64,000 bases of DNA from Chrysomallon squamiferum (taxonomy: Eukaryota > Animalia > Mollusca). The notes beneath the pieces are model-generated. The model was not told the DNA's origin, ran no database searches, and saw only the letters and a program-made list of their open reading frames with translations. Where the stretch lies: the NCBI GenBank assembly GCA_012295275.1, contig CM022665.1:28830001-28894000 (forward strand). The letters are read 5' to 3'. Shown piece after piece: positions 14,020 through 26,723 of the stretch. The stretch's first letter is position 1; each line of letters opens with the position of its first letter. The position numbers and the translations under genes are program-made.

Positions 14020-15821
14020 TGTTACATTAACTGAACTGAACAAAGCATTTTCATTGTATTTCTTTCATGTCAGCACTTAATTCCACTTGTCAAAAACTTT
14101 AATGCATTCAGAGACATTTTGCAATTTGTATGATAAACAATTCAAAACCATGAGATCTTCTAATATAGTAATAATTACAGATTATAATAATAATTATATA
14201 TATATATATATATTATAAAGGAAATGTACATATTTAATAATTCAAAAACATATTTCTGTTTTAACAGCTGTAAAATGTAAGTAAACAACTAGAATTTAGT
14301 CAGTTGATCTCACCTGTCTTTCAATATCCCTCTGCTGAGCAAGTGTTTCTTCATCATAATTTTTTTCTACAAAAAAAAATAATAACATATATGTTTATAT
14401 TATACAAACATTCATGTTAAAGTAATAATTGATAGAAACTATAAATAAGTGGGAAACCAAAAAAATAAAATAAAACAAAATATATATATATATATTAAAC
14501 ATAATAATGAATAAACAAAACATAAAACATCATAACTTTAATGCAAAAAAAATAAAAAATAAAAATTATTTTAACTAAATGTTTTCTACATGCAATTTAT
14601 TTTTTGTACTTTATACCTGATATAAATGAGATATGTCACTATAAAATACATTTCATCACTGATGAACTAACATTTGACCTATACATCTGACCTATATGTA
14701 ATACAGTTATGTAAATACATTAACAGAAGCAAAGAGATCAAATTAAATGTATCATAAAACCAAGTATGCATTATAACTGGTTCTGAATGATTTTGTAGAA
14801 CTGAAATAAAATATTAAGAAAGAATGAAATTGTAAATTACAGTTTTTGGTCCATGTGTTATAACTTTTAACTGAATAGTTTAACTGGTAATGAAAGAAAA
14901 ATCTAATAAAATTGGTATAAAATGCATTATATCAATCAACCAGTGAACCATATATGGTCAATACAGCTATATTTCTATCTGCACTAAATAATTGAAAACA
15001 TCAAAAATTTTAGTTAATGAAATAGTATACAGCGTAACCTTACTTTATTGCTCAATCACATACCATTGTAATTTTGCTTTGGCATTACAGTGTGGGTGAT
15101 CTTGGTTCATTAACAAATAACATTTTCTGATCAATTGTCGATGTTAAAATAATTTTAAATTAATAAAAAATAATACAGGTTGAACATCTTGAAACTGGCA
15201 GTGTTAGGATCTAGCTATTGCTGGACGACAGAAAATGAAGCAAAACTGAAATGGAGTCCTAAGTAAAGCACCTATATAAACAGTCTTGCAAGCTCATTCC
15301 ACACACTGTTGTGTTATCAAATCTAGAACAAAGTTTAAAACAGGAAATAATACATCCACTAATGTTTCCAAAAAATTGTTTAATGCAATAAAAAGCTAAC
15401 AACACCATCCTGGTGGCAAATCAACCAACTTATTATATAACAGATTTAAAACATGCCAAACATTGGAAACTGCTGGACTATTAAGTGCTAGGTTTAAAAG
15501 TAACAACCATGTATACAATGCTGATTCTTCATGGATATCACTGTTAGTGCAAAACTTTAATTACTGATAATTAATTTAATTCTAATAACTATATAATAAC
15601 AAAGCAGTTTTTCACCAGTCAACTGGTTAATAACTGCACAAAGTCCAGATTGAGATAGGATTATTTGTGATAAAACTGAAGGGATTATATGGTTAAAGAT
15701 AGTTTTCTTTGTTGGATGACAGCATATGGAATTGGCAGTTAAGTGACACATTCAACAGAAGTATCAGAAAGCAAAGAAAGCAGTTTTATCAACAACAACA
15801 ACATATAATAATAATTAAAAA

Positions 15822-15864
<43 letters not shown>

Positions 15865-16490
15865 AATGCACAATATATAAAATTTGAAAGTATGAATGAT
15901 TTTCTGGACCCAGTGATTCCAGTTTTTCGAGACCAAAAAGTCATAAAATAATAATAATAATTAACAATACACCTCTGAGCAACTATAGTATATATTAAAC
16001 ATAAATTAAATAATAAACAAACATTATTAACAATGTAAACATGAATTACCAATACCATAATTATACTACATCCATATTTTTAATTTAAGTATTATTCGTC
16101 ATAGCTGATTATAACACTTAAAATATAATGAATAGATAGTAATCACTAAATCAGTTTCAAATAAATGTAAGGTTCACACACATGCAAGTTGTTTCAAACA
16201 ATCCGGATCTTGATAAAGTAGTATTTTAAACTGTCCGTTGTTCTGAATTTAGAGCAAATTAGTTTTGCTTTGAAGTAGTGCACGAAAATAGATTCGTTAG
16301 CGATATAACCTAGTATATGCATGAAAGAAACTAAATAATCTGGACTAAACTAAACTTAATTCTTAGTGCGGTAAATACAACATTTACTGTACAATTTATT
16401 TCTATCAGTAGATTAGTTAATAACAAATTAATCAGATGTATTAAAATGCGTATTCATACCAGGATTGTATTCCAAATTTCCCTCCGCCAT
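9666..16490 (-). CDS. OTUB1: Ubiquitin thioesterase otubain (OTU deubiquitinase), 8 exons, ~263 aa
   Basis: Exons (-): 16490-16460, 14366-14314, 11888-11790, 11555-11437, 10982-10898, 10590-10487, 10142-10052, 9875-9666. GT-AG introns, in phase. Has the N-terminal YDEETLAQQRDIERQ helix typical of OTUB1, catalytic RKTRGDGNCFFRAF, EVEPMAKESDHIHIIAL, and YRPGHYDILY. Confidence 0.95.
15174..15513. mobile_element. Possible degenerate Tc1/mariner-type MITE in OTUB1 intron 1
   Basis: Starts TA-CAGGTTG and ends CAACCATG-TA (imperfect inverted termini with TA flanks). An internal 87 bp recurs identically at 17901-17987. Confidence 0.35.
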
Positions 16491-16611
16491 AGCAAAACAG
16501 GAGCATGCGTAAAATTAACATCGGCGTAAAAAATAAAAAGGTAAAAAGAAGAAAAAAAATAAATCGCGTAAATTCCACCGTTAATCCAGGAAACTCAAGT
16601 CTCTTCTTATA

Positions 16612-16642
<31 letters not shown>

Positions 16643-16899
16643 AAAGTGAATAAATAAATAAATAACAAAAAAAAAAAAAAAAAAGGACTTTAGAGAATCG
16701 ACGCTATAATAATTCCATTAGCTTTATTGAATACTGTAAAAGCGTTTCACATACCGTAACACAGATAAATTAGCTGAATTCATTTCTCTTTATTTTTCTG
16801 AAAAATATTTTCCTCTATACGCATCTTCATACCCTTTTATTACTGACCCACTTTATTATTAACTTTTGTATCTCAAAATTAATATAAAATATATGCAAT

Positions 16900-18465
16900 C
16901 ACTTATATATATATATATATAACCAAATTATAATTATCATTACATATATTCAGTCCAGTAAACATTATTTTCTGATATTAAATAAACTGATTTAGAAAAA
17001 GTAAAGAAAAACTAAAAGAAATAAAATAAGATAAAAAGAAATAAAAATACAAAAATTTATTTAAAAGAATAATAACAAATCAGTTTGTTATATTGGAATG
17101 TTTAAAATAAAATAAAAATTGTACATACATTATTAATTCTGAAAACATTTTTTTATGAATAGCCTTAGACAGACTCATGCAATTAATTATTACAATTTAT
17201 ATATATGTATAACTAAATTATAACTAGTATTACATATATTCAGTCCAGTAAAATTTATTTACTTATATTAAATAAATTGATTTAGAAAAAGTAAAGAAAA
17301 AATAAAATAAAATAAAAAGAGATAAAAATACAAAAAGATATATTTAAAAGAATAATAACAAATCAGTTTGTTATATTGGAATGTTTTAATAAACAAATAA
17401 TCGTACATACATTATTAATTCTGAAAACATTTTTATGAATAGCCTTAGACATGCTCATGCAATTAATTATTACAATTTATATATATGTATAACTAAATTA
17501 TAACTAGTATTACATATATTCAGTCCAGTAAAATTTATTTACTTATATTAAATAAACTGATTTAGAAAAGGTAAAGAAAAAATAAAATAAAATAAAAAGA
17601 GATAAAAATACAAAAACATATATTTAAAAGAATAATAACAAATCAGTTTGTTATATTGAAATGTTTTAATAAACAAATAATTGTACATACATTATTAATT
17701 CTGAAAACATTTTTATGAATAGCCTTAGACAGGCTCATGCAAATAATCACATATACAGTATATATATATTATATATCTTGATTAATTAAAGTTAATATTG
17801 TAATGATGCAACCACGGTTTAAGTTACATTAGGCACACTGGACTCTAACCAGTTTCAAATCTATTACTGACAGAAAATGTTTGACAATGTCTAGAAAATG
17901 TCTAGAACAAAGTTTAAAACAGGAAATAATACATCCACTAATGTTTCCAAAAAATTGTTTAATGCAATAAAAAGCTAACAACACCATACGGGCTTTATAC
18001 AGGCTTATGCAAATAATCATATATACAGTACATATATAAAACCAAATTATAATTATTATTACATATATTCATTCCAGTAAAAAATATTTACTTATATTAA
18101 ATAAACTGATTTAGAAAAAGTAAAGAAAAAATAAAAATAAATAAAATAAAATAAAATAAAATAAAATAAAATAAAAAGAGATAAAAATACAAAAACATAT
18201 TTAAAAGAATAATAACAAATCAGTTTATTATATTGGAATGTTTTAATAAACAAATAATCGTACATACATTATCAATTCTGAAAACATTTTTATGAATAAC
18301 CTTAGACAGGCTCATGCAAATAATCACATATACAGTATATATATATATTATATATCTTGATTAATTAAAGTTAATATTGTAATGATGCAACCACGGTTTA
18401 AGTTACATTAGGCACACTGGACTCTAATCAGTTTCAAATCTATTACTGACAGAAAATGTTTGACA
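16900..18465. repeat. AT-rich tandem array, ~280-290-bp unit (about 4 copies), with a larger ~577-bp duplication
   Basis: Anchor tacatatattca(g/t)tccagta at 16941, 17231, 17511 and 18060. Anchor aaatcagttt(g/a)ttatatt at ~17077, 17360, 17640 and 18217. Block ggctcatgcaaataatcac...gacagaaaatgtttgaca at ~17732 and ~18309. Confidence 0.9.
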
Positions 18466-19363
18466 TACAGTAACACACAAAAATAATATCAAGGCCAAAT
18501 CAGCATTTCCAAAAAATATATAACTTGCCAGTACATTAAATTCTGCTATTTTTATTTCGTAACAGTAATGGAAATGGATTTTAGAAACTAAGGGAAGTAG
18601 CTGTCTGTTTGTGAAAGCAGATACAAAAAAAAAAAAAAAAAAGAAGAAGAAAAAAAGAACTATCTTATACCTCATTAATTGAGGCCCATCGTAACAGTTC
18701 TAATTCAGGAAGACCGTGTCAAAAAGTCTACATACTATACAACTATAGTCATCGAATTTATAATGGACAAAGGCATCGTACAGCAAACATACGCTCCAGC
18801 AACAATACACACAAGCTTCTGTTAATGGTTTACCGAAATCACCCTAACCACCTACAAATGTGCACCTTCTCGTGTAAAGCTATAAAAAAAAGATTGTTTT
18901 TGATCTTTGACTTAATGTATGCGTCATTAAAGAGAGCTGAGTAAAATATGTAAATATAATGAAAGAAAGCATCGAGTTAATTTTATTTGCTAGAAAGTTT
19001 ACAAAAGATGATTTATAAACATTTACTATTCCATAATAGTACAGAAAATGGACATAAATCGAAAACCAAAATGTAATGGAACACCAAACAATGCGTATGG
19101 CTCCAATTCCACCACTACCTCAACAGTCCTTTCTTTTACCACGTACGCATTTGCAGGGCCGGCTGAAGGTATCGGCAACTCAGGCGCTACGTCACGTGTT
19201 TTGAATTTTCCAAATACAAGGGAAAAATCAAAAATGGGAAAATAATAAATAAAATTATGAAATTTAAAATCAAAATGTGAAAACTTCTTGATTGGAGTTA
19301 AATAATGAGAATCTGATTATTAATTATTTCTGTTATTCTGACCAAATTGTGAAATACAACTGA

Positions 19364-21598
19364 CTACGGAAATTTTCGCAACAAAAAGTCGGGGGAGGAC
19401 GTTGAAGCGGAGCTTGCCCTGGGCGCCAGGAACCTTTGGGACGGCCCTGGCTCTTTGTATTCATATGTATCGTTATTTGTCAAATTAATATTATATGTCC
19501 TACCCACCCAAGACTGAATCCTGACGACAAAGGAAATAAAAGTTCCAAAAGCAAACAAGATACAGATAGGCACTAAAAAATCATAATCAGTTATTCTACC
19601 AACTAGGAGCCAGATCACGAATCCTACAATATTGAAAATTTGATGCAGAGCATAAAGTATATTGTAAACTGCAAAATGTTTGTTGCATTTCCAAAATGGT
19701 GGTCGTTTGTTCGTAAAACCGTTATATTCAAAATCAAGCTCAAATCTCTGTAATGGAACCAGAGAATAGAGGAAAGGAATTGAAATCCACACAAACCAAG
19801 TGACAATGGTAGATTTGAATACAGGTGTTGACTTTACTGCATTAAAACCTCCATGCCTGCATCCAAGATAAACGCAGTTTATATCTCTACTTTGTTGCCG
19901 TGTTTTGTCACGTCGAATCAGAACTACAGTTGGAATCATCAGCAAAACGACTTGAATAGATATCACTAGCAAACCATATAAACCAAACGAGTAAAACGTA
20001 CCTACATAAACAATAAATCTGGCCCACACTTCACCAAGACGACATAAAATAAACATTGCTTTTGTTTTGAAAGAGATCGTTGAACTTAATCGGGCAAAAT
20101 CAATGTTAGTTATGCCGATGGCCATTGATAACGATGACAATAGAGGTGAAGCAATATGTATAAAAGTACGAAACGAGAAGGACGTAATGTTTTGGCCAAA
20201 CAGCACGTAAGTTTGAACTAAAGCTTGTGGGCCTCCTTCAAACAGACCCTCTAACATTTCCATTAGTAAAAGTGACAGTGCATTGTAACTGTCCATGATT
20301 AAATATTTGTCAAACAGACGACAGATTTGCTGCCACACTTCTCCGAGTTGCAATGGAATCAATATAAGTCCAAGACGTTTCAGGCGCTGTTCTTTCCTTG
20401 TCTTAGGATGATCTCTCCGCCAGTATGCAAAGGAAACAGCACATCCAATCAGAGATGGGAAGATAATGAATACCGCAATCACAGGCCATAATACATTTCC
20501 TTCGTTACGATACGTTATTGTCTGGACAATGTCTGTTGCTATGTCAGCAATGAACATTAATGCGGAAATACCGATAAAAATCTTTTCCATTTTGCTCGGT
20601 ATGCCGGCCATATGTTTTCTTAACAATTTCATTTCTTTAAGCGATTTTTGAAAGTCATGCAGCTGTTCTGAATCATTACTGATTATACTCTTGAAGACCA
20701 TGACAGGTTGTTCTAATGATGGTATGTTGATGTCTGAAAAATCTATATTAATATATGATGTCTTAAGTAGAACTTCAAAAATTAATTCAGTTTCATCAAG
20801 CCATTTGTTAAAGTTCTTCTGCATAAGGTTCGACAGGATATTCTCCTCTGCAGTTAAAGCCTTCGAAAAGACATCAGTGACGTCACACAAAATTAAGAAA
20901 AATAGCATGAATATCTTGCTTTGTAATTTTTTAAAGACACTGGCCTCAATTGGACTTGCAGTAAAATACCTCTCCAAAAATTCATTAATTGTTAGATTTC
21001 CTTTTTTGTCTTTGAGCCATTTTATTATATCTTTAGGTGATATGTCGTTATCTGAACAGGGACTGGAAGTGATGGACATTGCAGAAGGAACATAAACACT
21101 GAGACCAACAGACATTTTGTCCATTCTTTTCAAGAGTTCATTTACAACAGGGACAGTGTTTTGGTTTTCTGATGTTGAAATATCTTTGCTTGAGTATATT
21201 TTATCTGGATTGAAGTTAGCAGAATTTTGGAAATTATCTTCTTCATTAACCAAACGTCCATCCTCGACATCTTTAGTTGTGTTCTCTGCTAAGCTACTTC
21301 TTGTTTTGAATACACATTGAAAAGTTTCATCTCTTTCAAAGTCATTTTCTATTAAATTTCTGGGAGCAGGAAAATTACGATTTTCTGAGGCTTCTAAACT
21401 ATTTTCTTTAGACTCTGTGTTCTGGTTCAGTATGCTTTGTTCTTTGTCCGTCAAATCCGCCTGTAGAACTTTTGAAAGAAATATCAAATCCGTCGCTGAG
21501 TCATAAACAGTTTCCTCGAGGCTTGACTGACTATATACAGACGTTGCTAACGATGTCGGAGCAGATATAAATATATCTTCTTCAGAATTGTACATCAT
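19364..21598 (-). CDS. XK-related protein (XKR scramblase family), 744 aa, single coding exon, long N-terminal extension
   Basis: Uninterrupted 744-aa ORF. The C-terminal ~400 aa is multi-TM with XK-family motifs: FIADIATDIVQTITY, LEGLFEGGPQALVQTYVL (cf. ESAPQLVLQ) and SLSMAIG. The N-terminal ~190 aa is Ser/Glu/Asn-rich. Confidence 0.85.
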   Translation of the reverse strand: MMYNSEEDIFISAPTSLATSVYSQSSLEETVYDSATDLIFLSKVLQADLTDKEQSILNQNTESKENSLEASENRNFPAPRNLIENDFERDETFQCVFKTRSSLAENTTKDVEDGRLVNEEDNFQNSANFNPDKIYSSKDISTSENQNTVPVVNELLKRMDKMSVGLSVYVPSAMSITSSPCSDNDISPKDIIKWLKDKKGNLTINEFLERYFTASPIEASVFKKLQSKIFMLFFLILCDVTDVFSKALTAEENILSNLMQKNFNKWLDETELIFEVLLKTSYINIDFSDINIPSLEQPVMVFKSIISNDSEQLHDFQKSLKEMKLLRKHMAGIPSKMEKIFIGISALMFIADIATDIVQTITYRNEGNVLWPVIAVFIIFPSLIGCAVSFAYWRRDHPKTRKEQRLKRLGLILIPLQLGEVWQQICRLFDKYLIMDSYNALSLLLMEMLEGLFEGGPQALVQTYVLFGQNITSFSFRTFIHIASPLLSSLSMAIGITNIDFARLSSTISFKTKAMFILCRLGEVWARFIVYVGTFYSFGLYGLLVISIQVVLLMIPTVVLIRRDKTRQQSRDINCVYLGCRHGGFNAVKSTPVFKSTIVTWFVWISIPFLYSLVPLQRFELDFEYNGFTNKRPPFWKCNKHFAVYNILYALHQIFNIVGFVIWLLVGRITDYDFLVPICILFAFGTFISFVVRIQSWVGRTYNINLTNNDTYEYKEPGPSQRFLAPRASSASTSSPDFLLRKFP

Positions 21599-22634
21599 GT
21601 TTTCCTTTCAGTTGTCTTACGTGCAGTATAATTTGTAATTATGATGTAATCCGATTACCAGCATCTAAAAAATAAAAAATAAAATAAAATAAAAAAAAAA
21701 AATAAAAATAAAAATAAAAAATAATAATAATAATCGAGGTGATGAAACTGGAATACCGTGTAACCTTGCAGAATTTGTCATCAACACCTAACAACATGCC
21801 CCAACAAAACTAATATATCAACAGCAGAGTAAATAAACAGAACCAGTACGCGAGATAACAGTCAAATCGACACAGATCTTGTCAAAATGATAAAAAAAAA
21901 AAAAAAATAAAACCTTAATGTTTTAAAGGCCATCGGCCAGCAACATTTTTCTTTATCAAATTTACAGCCTAGTAAAAAATAGATGTACACAAAAACACAC
22001 ACAAGAAAACCTTCATGGTTAAAAATAGGTAGTTATGTAGGTCGATAATGAATAAAAATATAAATATAATGGACATGGTCTGTAACCACAGTACAGGTAT
22101 AATACAGGTAGAGAAATTATTTCAAGGAGTGATCGTTTTATCCACAAGACTGTATAGAACCTAAGTAAGCAAAGAAAAAAAAAAAAAAAAAAAAACCCAC
22201 TCCTCCAACTATATCCGAAATACGATACCACTTATTTTATTATCATTATATTTAAATATTTATATAATTTTTATTTTTACGAAAAAAAAGCTTTACAATA
22301 AAACTAAAACACAGTTTAGCTTTTTGTTGTCATATGTTTTTTCATGAACTATTTCATACATAAAAATGTACATAACTGAATAAATATAATAAATGCATAC
22401 ACACAGACAGACAGGTAGACAGGCAGAAAGGGGGTGGGTGGGAAAGCTTTGCTTTGTTTTCTGTCGTCCTGTTTTAATTAATAATGCACTTAAAAACAAT
22501 TATAATAAGATTATAATGATAATGACTAACTAACTAATTAAATAAAAAGAAGAAATAACATATCTCCTTGGTCAAAAAGTATTACTCATTTACTGTACTT
22601 TGAAACAGATAGAGAGTGACAGTGACACAACAGC

Positions 22635-22689
<55 letters not shown>

Positions 22690-22834
22690 CAGAATTCGAA
22701 CAACAAAATATTAAAAATCTGCAGATATACATGAAAAATAAATTGACAGTTTACGTCGTTTTTCCCATTTTGTCCAAAAGACAACATAGCTTATTAGAAA
22801 GTAGTATCCCGCAGTACGTGGCTAGAAAACTGTC
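21599..22834. promoter_or_regulatory. Divergent (head-to-head) intergenic region between the XKR gene and ACBD3, probably holding a shared promoter and an XKR 5'UTR intron
   Basis: Start codons face away from each other ~1.2 kb apart. The region is CpG-containing relative to flanking gene bodies. A minus-strand polypyrimidine/AG acceptor sits at ~21665. Confidence 0.5.
22636..22686. repeat. (CA)n microsatellite
   Basis: Direct reading. Confidence 0.95.
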
Positions 22835-24792
22835 ATGGCGGCGACTGATGCGGTTGTCAACGGTCTAGAATCGTTGTCAGTGGAAGATTCTTCATCTCAC
22901 AGTATTCTTGATCCTAAAACTGAAGACGAGCACTTAAAAAAATGGGGTTTTACCCTTGAGGAGCTTTACAAAATAGCACTGAAATTTTATAAAGGTATAA
23001 ACGTGATTCTTAAAGCGAAAGGCATGTCGTCACGTCTGATCTATTTCATTATCATGATTATGATTGAGTTTTTGTTTAGATGTCTATTCCTAAATGGTCA
23101 AGAACGAGAATATTTCTGCTTTATTCGTCAGTTTGACATATAGTGATAAAACTGCGATACATTTGAATGCAGGCAGCTAATAGTTATATATATGAAAGAA
23201 ACAATTAACGTAAAACTTTTGAATGTAATTATAACCTTTACTTATTTACTATGATTACAATTTACAGGACGGTTATTATAAAATTTGTATTGAAGCTGAT
23301 TATTATACTTGCAATATAATTTATAAACTAGGTTTTAGATTTTCAGTGAATAAAATTTTGAGGTACTTCAGGTATATGTATATATTCTGACCTATATTAA
23401 TTAAATAAAGTATGTTGAAACATTCATTATATTATAAGCATTTTTAAAAATAGAGTAGGGCAATCTCATCACAGGTTGATCTTGAATGGGTGAAATTACC
23501 ATAAATTTCATTCCTTACTGGGTCAAAATCACTGTAAATTCCAATTTGTTCTTGGTGAAATCACCATACATTTTATGTGCAGCTAAAAGCTTAAAAGGAC
23601 TGTTTAAAATGATTATATTATTAAACTTGTTATCATTTAGTGCAATGAAAGATATGCATATAACCAAAGTATATATATATTTGAATGCAAATGACAAGTG
23701 CCTATCAGGGAGCAATTGTTTTATACCCAAAACATCATTTGATGCTAATGACCAGATGTAAGATTATTAATCAAGCCTAACACTTATATAATATAAACAA
23801 TGCTCCATTCATCTTACCAGCTTTTGACCACAATTTCTGAGGTCATCATTATCAAGTGGAATAAAAGATTTTCATTTGACAAAACTGGTATGAACAGTTA
23901 ATTAATGTGATCTGTAATAAAGAAAACTAATATATTTCTACTAGTTTGTACAGAATTCCTGGAAATGAAATATTTCTTGTAATTTTTTAATTTCTGGACC
24001 TTTTCATGTTACTATATGTGCTAAAAATCGGAACACAGAAGAAACAAAGTAAATAAAAATATTAAAAACATGCACTAAATTAGAAGTTTATGCATTAATG
24101 TGTTGCACATAAAATATATATGGTGATTTTGACCACACTAAGATCACCACACATTTAAAAGAAGCAAGATTTCTCATATTTCAGTTATCTTAAAACATCT
24201 TGTAAACATGTAGTTTTATCTCTTGCATCTTTAAAATATCATTTTGACATTCTAACCACTTTATAACTTATTTATGTATTTTTTGAAGTTTGATTTAAAA
24301 AACCAGAAACAAGCAAAAATCCATCAGAAACTAATCCATATTAACTCTGTTGTACTGAAACAAAATTGTAAATTATAACATATATTTTTAGAGAAAGAAG
24401 GTAAAGCACTTCAGATTAGTTATAAAGATAAACTGAAGCTTGTGGCATACACAAAACAAGTGACCTATGGAAAATTCAGAACTGATGTGTCACCTGATGT
24501 TGGTTTCCTTGATGTCGTTGGCAATGACAGAAGGTTTGTGAAGATCTCTCTCTTAGTACTATCTTACTAACACCCTGTAAGATTTCTTTTAATCTGTTAC
24601 ATTATTGTGTAAACCTGCTGTATTTTTATTGTATGGTTTGAATAATATTTGTTGTCATTTATATTAGAATACTTTATGGATGATGCACACATAGATGGGC
24701 CTTGTAGCAGTACAGTGATAACTGTTGAAAAATTGTTGACTGTACAGTTTAATGAATAAGCTTAAAGTACTAATTACTATGATTTTATGTAT

Positions 24793-24835
<43 letters not shown>

Positions 24836-26686
24836 TGTTATTTTATTTATTTATTTTTTGTTTGTTTGTCATTTAAAACATTTCACAAAATTATCAGTAA
24901 GACAAATGTTTTGTTGCTGTGTTCAGAATTATTCAAATTATAATTTTGTTTGTTGGTTTTGTATTAGAACTGATCCTTGTGAATGGTAAGTATTAGTTGA
25001 GGTTTTAATTTATTTATTTTTTGTTAAGTTATTCCTTCTCCTTTTGATTTTTGTGTAAACTACATTTGTATATGTATATGTATATATACTATTACCAGTA
25101 TTTGTTACTGTTTATAAAATATTGCATCTTTGTTTTTTATTTTTCTAGTGTTACCGTGTATTTGTTTTGCAGATAATATAGTGATTTGTAATCTTAGATT
25201 ATTTTAGTTCGCACAATTTCAACAAAATGTACAAAAATATATGTCTGTGAGTTGCACATAACTGTATAGTAAAATCTTCATGTTCTATACATTATTCTTT
25301 TTTTTCACATTTTATTTTTTGTTGGGTGGGAGATGGGGTAAAATTTCAATTGTTATATACTTAAAGCTTTCACAAATTTTATTGTAACATCTCAGAAACA
25401 TAATAAATTAAGTTTCATTTAATACAAAATAATTTTAATAATTATTTCAAAAGCTGTTTCTGCACTTTCTTTGAAAACAAATAATTTTAGTACTTTACAT
25501 ATATTTATAAGTTGTATTTTGGAAATTTACATTTATACTCATTGGTAAAGCAAAATTCTACTTTTATTTTGTAAGTTAACCACTATATTTTATTATTTAC
25601 ATTTTGTGTTTCTATATATTTTGTTAGTTATAACTGTTGTTGTTATTTTTGATGGAGTACAAGCATGGTAATGCAAAAGCTACATGAATTTGTTGTTTTT
25701 AAATTTACACATTTATAAATTAATAGAACAACAGCAATAAGATATTTGTGTATGTATAATTTTGAATTTAAACACCAAATATGTGAGAAATATTCTGGTC
25801 TAATTTCTTTGTAAAAAGATTGTTGCATCTTTGTTATGTTTGGTATTTTGAGTTTGAGTATTTTGAGGACAGCAACAAATATATTGTCAATTTTGTTATT
25901 GTAGTTATCCTGTCATGAAAAACAGTTTTCACTAATTCCAGATTTTTTAATTTCTTTTAATTTTTTTAATTTTTAATTTTTAATTTTTTTTACATATATA
26001 CATATACATACTGACGTATTTTATTCATACAAGCATTTAGAATTTTCTTTAACAGTGCCCATGTTATGTTATGTTATTCTTTTATCTGTTGTGAAGAAAG
26101 TATGTAAATTAGTTTAAAATATTCAGACTGAATAGCCTGAATGTTATATTTTGAAGTGATTATTTTATGTACTTCTAATGATTGTGTTATGATGAGTCAA
26201 AACTAATTCTCTAAGTTTATACATTTGTTTTAAGCCTGAAGTATTAAATGACTGTTATTTCCATGAAAAGGACTTCATAAAAATTAATTTAATTATATTG
26301 ATCTGAAATAGGTTTTGCAACTTCATCACAGTGGAACAAAACATATTTTTGTATTTGCCATCAATTTTCATAAAAAACATTTATTGTTCTTATTTGTAAT
26401 ATAGCGATAAAAAAATAATACTATAATAAATATTAATATTTCTAGTTACATTCTGATAATTCAATTTAGAAATATTTTGTAGCTCTGTCTATGGGTGGAG
26501 TAAATTAACGTTAAATTTGTTTTAGTTAAAAACATTAAATATTAGATAGAACATTTTCTTTTAAATTTCTTATAATAGATTAAATGGACTAAAATATAAA
26601 CATTTTAATTTATACTGCATCGTTACAAAACTAAATTATTTAAACAAATTATTCTGAAATGAAATCCATAACCAATTTAAATAATT

Positions 26687-26723
<37 letters not shown>

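Noticed and set aside
16900-18465. CRISPR-like or prokaryotic repeat system
   Set aside because: Units are ~280 bp with no short-repeat/unique-spacer structure, and the DNA is eukaryotic.
20466-21320. Antisense ORFs over the XKR gene (and similar ones over the FAM181 and PKD-like exons)
   Set aside because: Shadow frames of real coding sequence with no independent support.
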